A stretch of DNA of 64,000 bases from Octopus vulgaris. Its lineage: Eukaryota. The number at the start of each line of letters is the position of its first letter. Position 1 is the first letter of the stretch. The notes beneath the pieces were generated by a model, which made no database searches, was not told the origin of the DNA, and worked only from the letters and a program-made list of their open reading frames with translations. Shown here in pieces: positions 27,241-42,095 of this stretch. The DNA lies in NCBI GenBank assembly GCA_951406725.2, contig OX597815.1:103478001-103542000 (forward strand), read 5' to 3'. Made by a program: the position numbers and the translations under genes.

Positions 27241-27939
27241 AAGTGCTTTGGTAGAAAAGGCCAAGTTTTTGGTGTCCGTGTTTCAATCCATTTTCGGTAA
27301 ACTCTGCTTTCATTCACTCGGGAATCGATAAATAAGCAGCTGTCCGATGATAGGGATGATAGTAATCGCCTATATTTTCTCCCAAAATGTAAGTGCGAGC
27401 TCCGTTAGTCGGAGTGGCAGTTCCATGCGGGTTTCTCTTGCCATCCTCCGGGGAAACGATTTTTGCATTTTGTCCGCCTAGACCATGAGACACTGACAAG
27501 TCTTTTTAGTTAAAGCATTTGTTTGTCTTAAAACCACATAAATCTTTTTAAATACTGAACCACCGTGTGGTTGAAATCAAGTGAGGAAGACGGTGCTGAT
27601 CAATGTGATTTAAATAAAATTTCATGCGTATATATTTAAAAATCCAAAATGAACAAAAGACTGAAAATGGGATTTCAGAAACCAACTATACACTTCATTG
27701 AATGTGAGAAATTTGAAACCTGCATGGCTTCAGTAGGGATATTAATACAAATGAATACGATTGATTCTTTTAATGCTTGCTTTGAGTGTCTTGAGCGACT
27801 TCAGCTAGAATATTGACTTCAAAGAAGTCGACAAAAACAAATCAGGAGTTGCTACATCTGAAGTTATAGGTAACTATTCAATTGGACCTCATATCTCGAA
27901 ATACCTTCTGGAAAGTTTCAATTACATCAGTTATTACAC

Positions 27940-28200
27940 TATAATATTAGCAAGATCTGGAGGAACATTGTCTTGCTGAAGTCTGATGTTCAATCATTAT
28001 GATAAAGGGACATTATATTATATACGGATAAATAAAACATATGGGGCATATGGATTTATGCCTATTATGTTACTGGAGAAAACCTACATACCATTGACCA
28101 AGCAATTCATCAAATTTCTCTATTCAAACAATTTATGGAATGTCTTTCCACAAATCATTCACCAAATATCTCTGCTCTAATCATAATCCACTCTTCCTGC
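27940..28200 (+). mobile_element. Possible Merlin/ISXO2-like transposase remnant
   Basis: Frameshifted KGTII-YTDK*-TY, YVTGENLHTID and IYGMSFHKSFTKYL resemble PGTIIYSDxWKAY, TGxHTxxIE and YGxSxxxFxxYL. Confidence 0.3.
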
Positions 28201-28535
28201 ATCAGAATATATATGCATAAGGCAATTTTCCGCTTTGGCAACTTTTATAGATGGATGTGTGGATGAGTATGCGCTGAAGATGTGTATATCAATAAGCCTA
28301 TATTTTTGCACACCTCTTCATGTTCCAGACTATATGAAAGTAATGAAGTCAACTGACAATTAGCTGTCACAGTGAGGTCTGATTCCCAATTTAATTGATT
28401 CAATATTGTCCTCTAGTTACTTTTCTTAAGATTCAGAACTGTCGTATTCTTGTCACGACCTCCTGTTCTCTGTTTCCTGTTTTGCAATAGATATTTAAAT
28501 ATGTATGAAACAGCTGAGTTCGTATATGTATATAT

Positions 28536-28614
<79 letters not shown>

Positions 28615-28756
28615 TAGATATAGATATATATATATGTCTAATATTTAGTGAAAGATTGAGGGCAATACAACGATAAATATCTGCATGAATATATATGCAT
28701 GTGTGTATGTAATATACATGTGTGCATGTGTATGTTGAATACGTGTGTGTAATATG

Positions 28757-28805
<49 letters not shown>

Positions 28806-28864
28806 ATTAGCAAACACACATACACATTTATGTATGTTTGATATTATAGAGATAATATCCATAC

Positions 28865-29300
28865 CCTGGTCAGTTTCAAAATATCTTAGATCTGTAAAAT
28901 GTTAAATCTCTATTCTTGTAGCTACTGACTTGGTTGCGGTAGACGTTTCGCTTAAAATTTAGATAATGTCATTAACAATACACATCTGCCAGAGGCTGGT
29001 TCATAAAGAAACAATCAATAGGCTTCATTCCTCTGGTTTCTCACATTATATATTTAATGAAGGAACTGGTTCTGAAGTATATCATCTACGTTATATTTAA
29101 AACTTCTATGGTGTTCATAAATATTACTAAATGATATTATTAACCTGAACATTGATATTTTAATCTGTTTCTAATAACATTGATCGCATCAGTGTAATTA
29201 TCATATCGATGTGTACAATTTAGAACATCTCAGCTTCTAGCTATTTCATATTACGGCCTGCAGCAACTTGTACATTTCAACTAATCAAATTTAATAATAT
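28865..29300 (-). pseudogene. Two SETX-like N-terminal-domain exon remnants (29145-29300 and 28865-29105)
   Basis: Splice pairs tttttag/gttaat and ccatag/gtatgg. These give the best motif matches (EIARS*DVL, RYDNYTD, AY*L, GRCVLLMTL) and contain multiple in-frame stops. Confidence 0.65.
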
Positions 29301-30269
29301 CTAAAAATCTCTACCGAATCGAATATTTTACTAATTTATCTGTGCAGTCTCTATAGAATATTTTTTTTGATTTTATCACAATATCGCTGTCCATTTATTT
29401 TAGTTTTTGTGGGTATATGTACGTGTATTCCTGTGTGTATGTGTGTGCGTGTTTGTATGTGTGCGTGTTTGTATGTGTGCGTGTGTGTGAGCGCGTTGTG
29501 AGGGAGAGAAAGAGAGAGAGAGTGAGCGAGCACATATATACATATATTCACACACCCGTTGAAACAACTAAACACATACACACTGACACGCACACAAACA
29601 CAAACACACATACATACACACACATATATATAAATATAAATATAAATACATGTATATATGTGCGTGTATGCATATACATATATACTGATTTTTTTTTTAT
29701 TGCGCTTTGCAATTGAATCGAGACATTGACTCGCCGTAAACATAAGACAATTCTTTCTAGATTAAGCCCAGACAGGCGCTTTCACTCCCGTTTCTGTTCT
29801 GCTGGACCTAATATTCTTATATTGAAGCCACATCCTACAATTAAAAGATTAATTGTAGAACGTAATCCTAGATATAAACTCAAGAAAGAAACACAGGATA
29901 CCCTATGGCGTGATAATTTTAAGCATTGGGCTGCTCAACACGTGTCCATGAAAGCCAATACAGTATCAAAGCCAATAACCGCCAAGCTGCCTTGTCTGCG
30001 TAAACAAAGATGAATAACAGACGATTCTACTTCTTCCAGATTCGTACACAAGGAATTCAACCAGTCTAATTTTTATCTCGTTCAACTATTATGCGAGTCT
30101 CAAGGGCCGACCACTTAACATGGGCCAGCGACGGAACCTTAATATGTAGGATTGGCAAGGAAATCTACATCTGAAATTCTACTATGTTTAGAACGAGAAA
30201 GTAACTAGAAGTGTAAAAGAATATTTAAGGAAAGTGTAGAAATTTAAGTCCCATCATTTTGAGACAACA

Positions 30270-30559
30270 TGTATGTGTGTGAGAGTGAGTGTGTGGATGT
30301 GTTTGTCAGTGTATGTAGGTATGCTTGTGTGAGTGCGTGTGTGCGTCTGTATCTGTGTATGCATGGGAATATATATATATATAGATATAGATATATATAT
30401 ATATATATATGCATATATATTATACTCAAATGCAAACACAGACACACCGACACAGCTACCCCCACACACACGTACACACAAACACACACATACACACATA
30501 TATACACACACATACATACATACACCCTCCGCCACACACACAGACACACAGACACACAG

Positions 30560-30637
<78 letters not shown>

Positions 30638-31256
30638 AGAGAGAGAGAGAGAGGTTTTTATGTGCTTGGAAAAAATGTTCAACTAAATTAACGAACTAGA
30701 TGCCAATCGCAGAGAAATATATAATTATTTGGCTGAATAAGCAGAATATGCTCACGAAGTCTCTTCGGTTTCTAGTATTTGAATTTGAATAAGCGCATAA
30801 AGAATTTCAGTGGAATTACAGAGTTGCAGATCACAATATATTTGGATAAAAGCAATGATTACATACCTTCCGTAATGCAGTTTTATATATTAGAGAAATA
30901 TGAAAGCTGCTTCAAAAAAAAAAATAGATGACAACGTACGTTAGTAAAAGCTTATACTAAAGATTACCTTGTTCAAAGCCCAGTCTCTAGCATTTCCAGA
31001 TTCCGCAGGAAATATAGCTGCGCGCGCGCGTATGTGTTTGTGTGTGTGGTTACATACCTGTGTATGATTATGTGTACGTGTATGTAATGTATTCATTCAC
31101 ATACATGAATATATACGCACATATTTATGCATGCGTATACGTACTTTTATATACACATATGTCCATTTGTATTATATGTATATAGATATAATTTTTATAT
31201 ATGTATGTGTGTCTTTATGTATCTCTCCCTCTCTCACTCTCTCTCTCTCTCTCTCT

Positions 31257-31326
<70 letters not shown>

Positions 31327-31395
31327 TATTTATATATACACTCACATAGATATATATATACACACACACACACATATATATATGTATATATATAT

Positions 31396-31475
<80 letters not shown>

Positions 31476-31502
31476 TGCAGAGAGAGAAGGGATGAGAGAG
31501 AC

Positions 31503-31536
<34 letters not shown>

Positions 31537-31565
31537 TGTATGCATGTGTGTGTGTATGCATGTAT
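30270..31565. repeat. Microsatellite field of (TG)n/(TA)n/(CT)n/(TATG)n
   Basis: Directly visible. Confidence 0.9.
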
Positions 31566-32600
31566 ATTATTCTTCAGGCGACTCTAATCTCTTCTGTAAG
31601 AAGAAAGGGCCCGCTCGAAGTGTTAGAACTTGCATCACCCCGTTGCACATAAATGCATATTTTATGAAATTCATACATTTTCTCTTACACCGCTATTCAT
31701 CGAAATAACGTTTGGTATTTACGGACAATATTGGATTTGGCCATACTCAACAGATATCAACATATTACATCTATGCATTCTGAAGGACTATACGATCAGA
31801 CCACTTCCTCAGAAAGAAGGTATATATATATATATATATTTCCTTGTGTTAGAAAGTTATAACCAAGCGGGATATGTTAACTGCCATATTATGTTTGATA
31901 TGTGTGCGTGTGTATGTCTGTGATTGTATATATGTGTACGTTGCTTGTAATGTATTTATGTTATTTGTGCTTGTGTGCGCATGAGGAAGAGAGAATAAGA
32001 CAGCCAGGGAGATTCTTAGTAGAATATCTTCTTACATTCATCATTGCTTGCATTGATCCATCAATCTCAATGATTTCATCTATATTAAGGGTACAGTGAT
32101 TTTGTTTATATGCTTTATGCATTAATTTCGTGACTTCCCAGGCTACCTATCATTTATAACGTTATTGTAGCATCTCCCAGATTATTTGTTTAAATATGCG
32201 TGTGTCCTCTCTTTTGATTTGCTGTGATGTATGTTATTATGCTTTAACATTTTTTTGTTTATTTATATTTATTTATTTATTTTGCATTCACTAGGTAGTT
32301 AATCATAATTATTCCTAATCTTGGAAGATATGGAGATAAGCTTCTACAGAAGACTAAATTTATTTGTTTGCGCATTTAGAGTGATATACGACTTAAGTTG
32401 TTTGAGGTTAGTTTTAGACCCGACGTGAGTCAGTTTCCTATGGATTCTCATTCTAATAAACTACAGAGTTATCCATTATCCTTTGAAACAAACTTTGTTC
32501 AAAGTCTGTTACGTTTGTTTACTATATGATTCACTTTGCCTTTTGTACTTCAAATATTCTATTGTCTTATGTAGCTGAGATCCCTACATATATAAGATGA

Positions 32601-32769
32601 TGAAAATATTTCATAACATAAATATTTATATAGACATATTGCAACGTTAAAACAATATATTTTAAAGTCTAAAATTTTGAAAATATTTTGAAAATATTTC
32701 ATAACATAAATATGTATATAGACATATTGCAACATTAAAACAATATATTTTAAAGTCTAAAATTTTGAA
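32601..32769. repeat. Local tandem duplication, period 88 bp
   Basis: tgaaaatatttcataacataaatat..aaagtctaaaattttga occurs twice with 2 substitutions. Confidence 0.9.
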
Positions 32770-32892
32770 TCCTCAGAAATTATTAAGGAACTGCTTCTGC
32801 ATTGAAAAATGCGACAATAGGAACTTCAGATGCATCAAGTTTATTTGCCTTAGACCATGTACCCATGTATAGTCTAGTGTTTTATGCATTAC

Positions 32893-33018
32893 CTCAGTCT
32901 ATCATATACTAGCCGTACAACTCCCAGACTGACGATATATTGTTATGTGTACATTATCAACATTTAGGAAGCAAAAGGAAATATATGAAATCAGTTAAAC
33001 AAATTTCCTCTCAACGAA
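32893..33018 (-). pseudogene. SETX-like first coding exon remnant (CxWCT motif)
   Basis: tctatacag acceptor and GAG/gtaatg donor. Reads PKC**CTHNNISSVWELYG*, with TAA (32954-32956) at the conserved Trp position. Confidence 0.55.
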
Positions 33019-33586
33019 CTGTATAGATTATTAAGGTTATATTTATTTAAACTAATAAAGCTATTAATAGAAAATAAGTTGCTGTAGAATATTTAAGATG
33101 TTTATTTAATCTATTGTCACCTTTTTTAGATGTGCAAGCATTTTAATACGTTTGTCTTTATGTGTAACATTTACTTAGATTTACATGAATTTATGTGTAC
33201 ATTTACTAAAATTTAATGTCTTTGCAAAATATATTACAACTTGAAAACGTGCCAAAAATTAATTATATGTAATTATATTTATTTACTATGAAATTTGAGG
33301 AAATTTCGGTAAATTTGCCAACAATTACTAAAAATTTACATAAGTTTGAGTTCATTTAAATATTCTAGATTACTGAAAATTAGATTTAAATGGAGAATAT
33401 TATAAGCGTCTTCTAAATTGAAGATAGCAAGAAAATGAAATGCGGTAGTTAAAACATAAAATGTACATGTAATTATATATACGTATATAATGTATATATA
33501 ATTCACGCGTAATAATGTGTGAGTGTAAAGGCATGTAATTTTGCAATCGTATACAGCTGTTTAGACAAACAGACAGACAGACAGAC

Positions 33587-33683
<97 letters not shown>

Positions 33684-34059
33684 TAAGGCGTACTAATCTA
33701 CCACGAATTAAAAATAATGTCAGAAAATCAAAAACTATGCAACAGAAAAGCATACTCCCTAAAATCTGATACACGCTCAGTTAGATACATCAAAAAATTA
33801 GCTAAATTGAATAGTACTATCACATGTTTTCGTGCACAATGCGATGCTGCCGTATACAGGAAGTACTGTAGGAGTTTACGTTGAAGGGGTCCGCAAAACA
33901 AGTATTGTGAAAATATATATATTTAAAAAAAGCTATGAAGAGTATGCAAAAATATCAGAACTGTGGTTGAATGATAGGTCAGAACATAACTCTAAAAATA
34001 TTAGGAAAGAAGATCTGATGATTATACATGTATGTACGTAGGCAAGGGAAGTGCAGATA

Positions 34060-34420
34060 CACGTGTAACTGAGTGAGTGAGGGAAGGAGGGAGGGGAGAC
34101 AGGGCGGGAGTAGGGATCCTGAGGAATATTCAGCAGTCACATCACCTGGTGTGACGATTCACTAGAATATTACCCATATGTTAAAAATATTTAACCAATC
34201 ATGACTTCGACAAGAACTGACTCCAGCAACAATTCCATATTTTTGCACCTTTCTTTCTCAGCACTATGAACTCAGCACACTTTATCTATTTGACAGAGAG
34301 CATCGAGAGATAGGGGAGACCAGGCAGTCGGAAGCGGAGATTTGTCGACCAAAGTTGAAAGCAGCTAAACTATGGTAAATGACGACAGCAGCATCAATCA
34401 GCACCAACTAACCACGCAAC
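34060..34420. promoter_or_regulatory. Candidate promoter region upstream of the SETX-like pseudogene
   Basis: Locally GC/CpG-richer unique sequence with a GGGCGG box (about 34102) and a CGGAAG ETS-like site (about 34330), about 1.1 kb upstream of the first coding exon remnant. Confidence 0.3.
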
Positions 34421-35120
34421 TAACCATTCTTGATATCTTGTCGTTTGTTGTAACGAAAGCATTTCCTTTGTGTTTAAGGGAGGAGTAAAAATTTTACTTA
34501 TCATAAATCCCACCTAGTTATCTGTCTTCTTCGCACAAGCGGTGGACTTCTGCCACTAGAAATTACAATCCGCACAATTAACAGTTCTATCGTTTAGCAT
34601 GGGAGAGACTAGAATGCATCAGCTCTTTTCCAAACAGGAAAACACTTTGCTTGGCCAGGTATACAAAGCTAACGACCTTGATAGCGCAGTAATTAGCAGC
34701 TACAGCTGCTTGCTTTCAGTTACATATGTAATACTGGGATCTGCGGTATTGATACCGTCAATTTGGCCTAGAGAAAATTCTGAAATCGAAAATGTATAGC
34801 ATCCCACGCAATATTATATTAGCTCATCTTCCTTCTATATATATATATATGTCTGTGTGTGTATGCGTGTATGTGTGTGTACATGTAAATGCATATAATT
34901 TATGCACAAGCATGCATACAGCATATGTATGTATGCATATATATATGTGGGTGTGTGTATAATGCGTCTGAGTCTATTCATATATGATTGCTCAAATGTA
35001 TAAATGCATATATGTATAATGTATCTGTGTATATATATATACATATATATATATATACTCGTACATACATACACACACACACATATATACATACATACGT
35101 ACACATACACACACACACAC

Positions 35121-35173
<53 letters not shown>

Positions 35174-35237
35174 TACATACGTACATATATGCAGACATAC
35201 ACATTTATACATACCTGCATACATGCATAATGAAATC

Positions 35238-35775
35238 CTTCGGAGGGATAAGAAATAAGAACACACAATATGGTAGAAGTCATAGCCACTCATAAGGGAA
35301 ATGAATACTGGTGGAATGTACCAGTGAAGACCTCAATAAAATGTAAGCTCAACAGACCTGATATAATGATTTAGGATAGAGAAGAGAAACTGAGCACAGT
35401 TGTGGAAATTAGCTGCCCAGCGTATGTTAACATAAAGCTGAAGATCAATGAAAAAGAGAATACCTATGCTGAACTATTCAGAAGTCTGTAGTTACTTTAC
35501 CCAGATTGCAAGTCCAGGTATATACCTGTCATTATTGGGGCCCTGGGATATGTAACACACTGCATAAATACCAATCTGAAGAAATCAGGCTTCTGGAAAC
35601 CTGAAAGGAGAAAGCTAATTCGAAGACTACAAATCCAATCCACCACTGGAAGTGTAAAATCTGTAATACTTTGCAGAAGTTTATCATTTCAATATATATG
35701 AGCATGTCAATATATGTAATTATATGCATGAAAATGCACACATAAAACATACAAATCTGCACATACATGCATACC
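35238..35775 (+). mobile_element. Dong/R4 LINE 3' end (restriction-like endonuclease domain plus 3' UTR)
   Basis: YWWNVPVKTSIKCKLNRPDIMI..VVEISCPA..EKENTYAEL..IPVIIGALG (PD-(D/E)xK-type RLE). Confidence 0.88.
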
Positions 35776-38700
35776 AACAAGCGCATTGCAGATCACAATA
35801 TATTTGGATAAAATCTTTCGCTTTACATAGATAAACAATATGACAAAAATAACACGCTATTTAGCCGTATTTGTTTTAATATATTCATTTAACCACATGA
35901 TTAACATTATATGATATATTCAAGATTAGTTACATCAAAAAAGTTACTCAGATACCTATAAATTTTAACAAAATAAAAGGACCACAACAAAATCCTTAAA
36001 ATAAGTATTTTGGATAAATATTACATGAAGAAATACTGCGTATTTAGGAAGACGTTCTAATAATGAGACCTTCAGTCTTTAAAATATTAGTATGGCACTT
36101 ACCAGTTTTATTTCCAGAATGTCGACGGACCGCCTGACTTCGTGAGATATGTTCCGGTACCAAAAAACAATCTCTGATATAATTGTAATTTCAGATGTCA
36201 TCTCTCCTTAATACACGCGAAGACTTCTTAATCGCTTCGTTTACTAAAGTTAAATATAGCAATTTTAGACTTAGTTTAAAATAATATGCTTATAATCCTT
36301 TGATATTATACGTTGTTCTAACAACCAAGTTGAGATTTTATTGCACTGTGGCTTAATCCGAAAGTTGTTCGAGAATAAAATATTTATTTTTATTACAATG
36401 GGCCAATCACTGGTTTACTGTGTTTCTGAGAACGCAAAGACATATTTTTCAAGCAGTCTTTGAAATCGACAGTCGGGATGAGTTTTATGACAGTTACAGG
36501 AGTTCGTTTCAAGTTCTTATAGTCGTTTGCAGAGAACTTTGTCCAGCGTGTGATATTTGACGTGGGAAGAGGCCACGAGTTAATCTTCCAAATGTCATCT
36601 TCATATAGTGTCACATGTATTTCTCTATGTTCTCTTGGTTGTGGCTTCTATGTTCTCTATTGGCAATTATTATGTTCTCTTGATTTCGAATTCTTATCAG
36701 CAGTAAATAAAACATATGCATTGTGATTGTAACCGTTATCGTTTGGACTGCAAGGTAATTGCTTCGTATGCATGAGGTGAGGTGTCCGTTCAACATAGAT
36801 TGGCGTATTCCCGAATGATTCGGGTTTGAGTTTAGTAAATGATACCTATTTATTTCATTTCAGCTTACCCACTTCCACTTTCTATGCCTTCATCCTAACC
36901 TCCTATTTATTGTGAAGCACAAAATAATCACTTGCTTTTCATAAGCAACCTACAATACCCAAACTTGAATAAAAAGTTTTACGGGCTTCTTTTCCTTGAC
37001 AGGGTTGTTTTACAGTCTAACTCAAATCTTACTTTATAGTGGTCATCCCAAGTGCTCACACTGGTTAGGTCTCTATTTAATCTAGTTGCAATTTTCAATG
37101 ACGTTACATGTGAAAAGCGTGTAGTGTGGTCATCATAGTGATAAGGCTAATTATCACTGCGTTTAGCAGTTCATCTGAGAAGACCGAAAACAGAAGTATC
37201 CCAAGCATTGAACCTTATAGGAATAGTACATTGAGTAATGAAATAAGCTGGAATTTCATAAATCATATGCTGAGTATATCTTACCTATAGCAGGGAAAAA
37301 GGAGATGTTGCACTGGTTTGAAATACAGGAATGCTGAATAACAATAATACAGTCATGCTGAATGAATACCCTCTACACTAAACAATTTCACTTCCTATTG
37401 TCCCAACTCAATCACTTCGGCAGTAAATGAGTTATTATGAATCTAGGATTCACCCTCCTTTACGGAGGCACTTGAATACAAGAAATTGTACGTTTTACTC
37501 CTTCAATACTTAGATCCATGAAATAATTTTTTTAAGGTTCAAAATGTTACTTTATTTTCATGGAAGCTTTGCGCCATGCAGTAAGCCAGTAAAAGAGAAA
37601 TATCGCTGTGATTATGCTTTTACAAAAGTAATATTTGTGCACCGTATCTTTTTTTCTTTTTGGTAGACAGAACACGTCTTGAAGCTTTCTCTTTGCTGAA
37701 CATTTTCTAGAGTCAGTACTAGAAGTTACGATGTGTTTATCTGTCGCATCCTCTAGTCCTTCTACATTTCTACATCGTAGTTCGTGCTTTACTTTTGGGT
37801 TTTGTACAATTTAAAAGGCGGTAGCTAAATTTAGCTTTCAGTGAAAATCTATTCTGGCGTATTTGCTGCATTTTGTTCATTTGTATTTGGGATCACGGCG
37901 ATCAACTTTTTTAGTTATAAGATAAAAATCTTCTCAGGTTATGGCGTCTGTCGATCGTAAATCTAGATTTCACAAAGTTAGTTGTCTTTATGATCATTGT
38001 TCTCTATGCCCAAAGTTACAATTCTATTGTACATTGTTCTCCTTTTCTCTGAGTGTGTATGCTTCAGCTGACCTACTGAATTTCGGCCAGAATAAATGAG
38101 TTATATGAAAGTATGGTTTCTACTTTCTCCATGCACGTACATACGAGATAAGATGATATTTTTAAATCTTTAGCTTCATTTCCTCTTTTATACTTGTGAG
38201 TATGTGAATCAAGATTTGCAGAGAGTCCATTGCATATACTACCTATTTACTGTTATTATATGAATAAATTGGAAATGTTGATATTATTTAGTCCTACAAC
38301 CCAACTTGTAGTCAAAGTATTGTATTCACGATCATTCCATCCTATCACATTGGACGTGTTTCGCTTTTTTATGATAGTGTGTGTTATTTGTGACACTTAA
38401 GCTGTTATTCCTGGCAAGTCGAGCGAACTCACAAGGAATATCGTAGATGATTTCACTTTAAGTTTTGGATAAGACTCAGAAGTGTTAATAGACTATATAT
38501 GGAAGAAAGAAAACGACAGTGTTAGGAGAGTGTAATTAATTAATTAATCGCTTTGATATTTTATTTTGTGTTTAACATTACTGATAAATTTTACGCTTTT
38601 ATAGCTTTTATAATCTTTTGTATCTATTTTCCTGATATTTAGAGTAGTGACAAAATATAACTTGGTATTAATTATGGATTCAATAATTATTTATTGTTGC

Positions 38701-41700
38701 TGGTATTATAACTGTAACTTTATTACTAGGGATTGTTTTTCTTCTACATTGAGCACAGATTATTCGGAGTAATGTCAAGTACTATGTTTAATTAATATAT
38801 TTAGTAAATTCCACTAAACATGTAATTATTCTTGGTGTCATTCAACTTATTAAATTCATTCTCTTGCTGTCGTACAAAAATCAAAAACTTAAAATCTCTA
38901 TACACTTTAAATGTCTAAATATCTGAAACAATTTAATGACACTAAGATTACAATTTTTCAGAACAGCTGCCGCATCTCTAGAAATTAAACTTTCTTTTAA
39001 ATTTTGTTTTTTAATTTGTGTATCTTCACAAAGTTTCCAACATCCTGGTAACTAATCCAATCTTCATCAATTGCCCCTTTCTTGATATTAGTTGGTTCAG
39101 TTCGAACAAATATTTATTTCTAATTCAATGATAATAATGTTCTTATCCATAATAATGTTCTTAGAAGCATGGGTGACGTAGTTGATAATAGATAATATCG
39201 AGGAATAAAAGTATTCTATCTCTAAAGATGCGATGAAGCTTAAAATGAGAAAATTTGCAATTTTATAAACAGTCATAACTAAATTATGCTTAAATTTTTA
39301 ATATGAAATTATTTAATTAATATCAATTATTTAATTAATATTTTCTGTGAAATATGTAATTTTCCTCATACTTGTATGACACTTACAAAACTTAGTGTAG
39401 TTGCTGAATACTGAATACTTTAACCAGTCTCGTTTGCACAACCTACGATGGTTTTGAATTTGATACAACTAAATCGAAATCGTCGGTCTTCGATTATTAA
39501 CCCATTATGACGTTCTCTTAGATATTTTCAATTCCAAGTTCATTAAAGAACAAAGCATAATATATTTTCAAATATCATCATTAAATAAAGACTTTTCCCA
39601 GTTGAGTTAGATTCCATTACTTTCTCATTATGGATTTTGGTCATAAAAATTTTGGTTCAGATCTATCGCCATAAATATTATTGAAGCTATCATTTTATTT
39701 ACCTTCTTCTCTTAATGAATTATGAGTATAAAGCTGCTGAAACATTCCGTTAACTTGCCTTTCATGCCTAATTCCTTTTAATATGAACCTATAGTTCTTC
39801 CTTCGATGTTCTTCCCCTTAAATAAAAAAATGAAATCTTATATTTACTATGAACAAAGAAATATGCTTTATTTACATCTTGTTGTTTCATAAGTTATTTA
39901 TTCCTGAGAGGGTAACTAATTTCGTGTACGTTGCCCTGTAGATAGTTTTCTTTAAACTGTATTTGATGCTATCAAAGTTAATCTTTAAATTATGACAAAT
40001 TTTAGAAATCAGTTTTAATCCGTTAATACCAATTTAAATAAATTTTTGTATCAAAGTTTCTGTCAAAATTTATTTCTTTAACATAGAAAATGTGAGATGG
40101 TGTAAATTGCATTATTGATGCGAATTGAATGGAATAATTATAATTATATCACTTGTCTGCTGTTTTCAGTTTCTCTAACAAGAATATCAAAACTAAATCG
40201 AAAATTAGATTAAGTTGACTTCAATTATCTTAATATTTCCTAACTGATTGAATTTAACTTAAGGTTCTTTCAATTAAGAATTCAAATTGTTGATAAATGA
40301 TTATCATACCCTACTATTCTAATTGCTTCATAACAAATGTCATTAATATACTATTTTAATTGCTTCGTATTATATATGTCATAACCCTACATTGTATTTG
40401 CTTTTTATCTAGTTTTCACTAACTCCATTTTTCACTAACACGTAGTACTTTTTCAGAAAATTACGCCCCCATTGTAATCTATTGTCAACTATTGATTATA
40501 TTTCTTGCCTATCTATGTCTTGATTACAATCATATAATGCATATACACATTTAAATGTACTAACAGGATAGCCTATGTCAGCAACATCTCTTCTATTTTA
40601 ATTGCCATCTCTATTGCTACCAATCTCATAACTTTATAAATAAAATTCCAATGAGCCGCTGTTTTCATTTCAACCTAATCCAATATCTCAAGCCAATTCT
40701 CTAATTTGCTTTCACAAACATAGTCACGTTTAAATGGCACACATTTCTTTACACAGATCTCAAACAGGGAAAACAAATAAATTCCTTATATCTTTATGAC
40801 TAAATCAATAACCAGACAAGTGTTAAATCGAAAAAATCTCCATTTTTTGACCGGGATAGCAACTTTATAAGATTCTTCTAAGGAAATTTAACTCCTGAAG
40901 AATTCGCTATGGATATATCTATACCACATCATTTTCTCTGTAGAATTTAATCACTTTTTTTTATTAGTTATTCCAGACAAAGCTTCTCGTGTTTTCTACA
41001 TCGAAAATCAACAACAATTACTAAATATAACAATCATATTTGAAATGTGCTCTGTTACGCCTTAACTTCATTAAAATTTTCATTCTTCTGATATGTCTTG
41101 AAGCTTATCGACAATATACCCAAATGATTATCACGGACAAAACGGTCTAACTCATCTGAATGCTCAATACCTTTCTTTATTTAAAATCCCGTGGATGATA
41201 ACCGGGAGAGATGAGTAAAGTAAAGTAACAATCTTAGATTTTGAGCACATATCCTGCTCTCGTATTCCTTTGATATAATTGAAGTGAATAAATAATGAGT
41301 TAGAAATAATAATGTCTTTAGGAAAATAGGATATTGCTCGGATAACAAAGGATATTGTTTGTATCATTACGACATAGTCAATGAAGCCTAGACTTCAATG
41401 ACGAGGTCCCCAACGTTTTGGTTCACTCAGATTTAAATTATAACCCACTTGTCTAAGGTTACATGAAGCAGTATCGAACTCGAAACATGTAGTTACATTG
41501 AAGTAGACTTGTTGAACACACAGACATACCTGCGCCCATACCGACTGAAATATATTTTGTTTGTTGTCTTAATGTTTCAAAATAAGCACATGTAAACATG
41601 ATATCACAGAATACGCTAGAATGGTCTGAACACAGACTAATGTACTGGAACATAGAATCGGAGGTATATTAAATTCCATTTAGCAGTTAAAAACAGTGTT

Positions 41701-41959
41701 TTTTGTTAAATCTGTTTCATATTTATTTATATATTGCCAGTATATTCTTACATTCACTCACATTCAAATACTTTTGGCAATAGTGCTGTCACAGAATGCG
41801 TTTTCATTATATTTCGGCGACTTTTCAACTCAAAACTTTATGAAACATAAATAATAATAGAACGTGATTAAATAACAAAAAAAAATGTGATCAGTCCCTC
41901 CACCGCTTATGGCGATACATCACCTTCAATATCGTTTACTGAAATAAATTACGGAATAT

Positions 41960-42095
41960 TGGAAGAATCGTTAGCACACCAGGTTATATGCTTAGCGGTA
42001 TTTCGTCCGTTTTTATATCCCTAGTTCAAATTTCGCCTAAGTCGACTTTGCCTTTCATCTTTTGGGATCATGGACTTGTGCCAAAATTTTAAACG
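41960..42095 (+). mobile_element. Second SINE family, internally deleted copy
   Basis: gaatcgttagcacacc..atgcttagcggtatttcgtccg..gttcaaatt..gtcgactttgcctttcatc..gtgccaaaattt. Confidence 0.7.

Noticed and set aside
28935-28980. GAAACGUC hammerhead-like half on the minus strand
   Set aside because: No CUGANGA box or stems; it lies within a SETX-like exon remnant.
29720-30140. 95-aa ORF and GC-richer block as a host exon
   Set aside because: No convincing splice context or motif; more likely an old retroelement scrap that I cannot classify.
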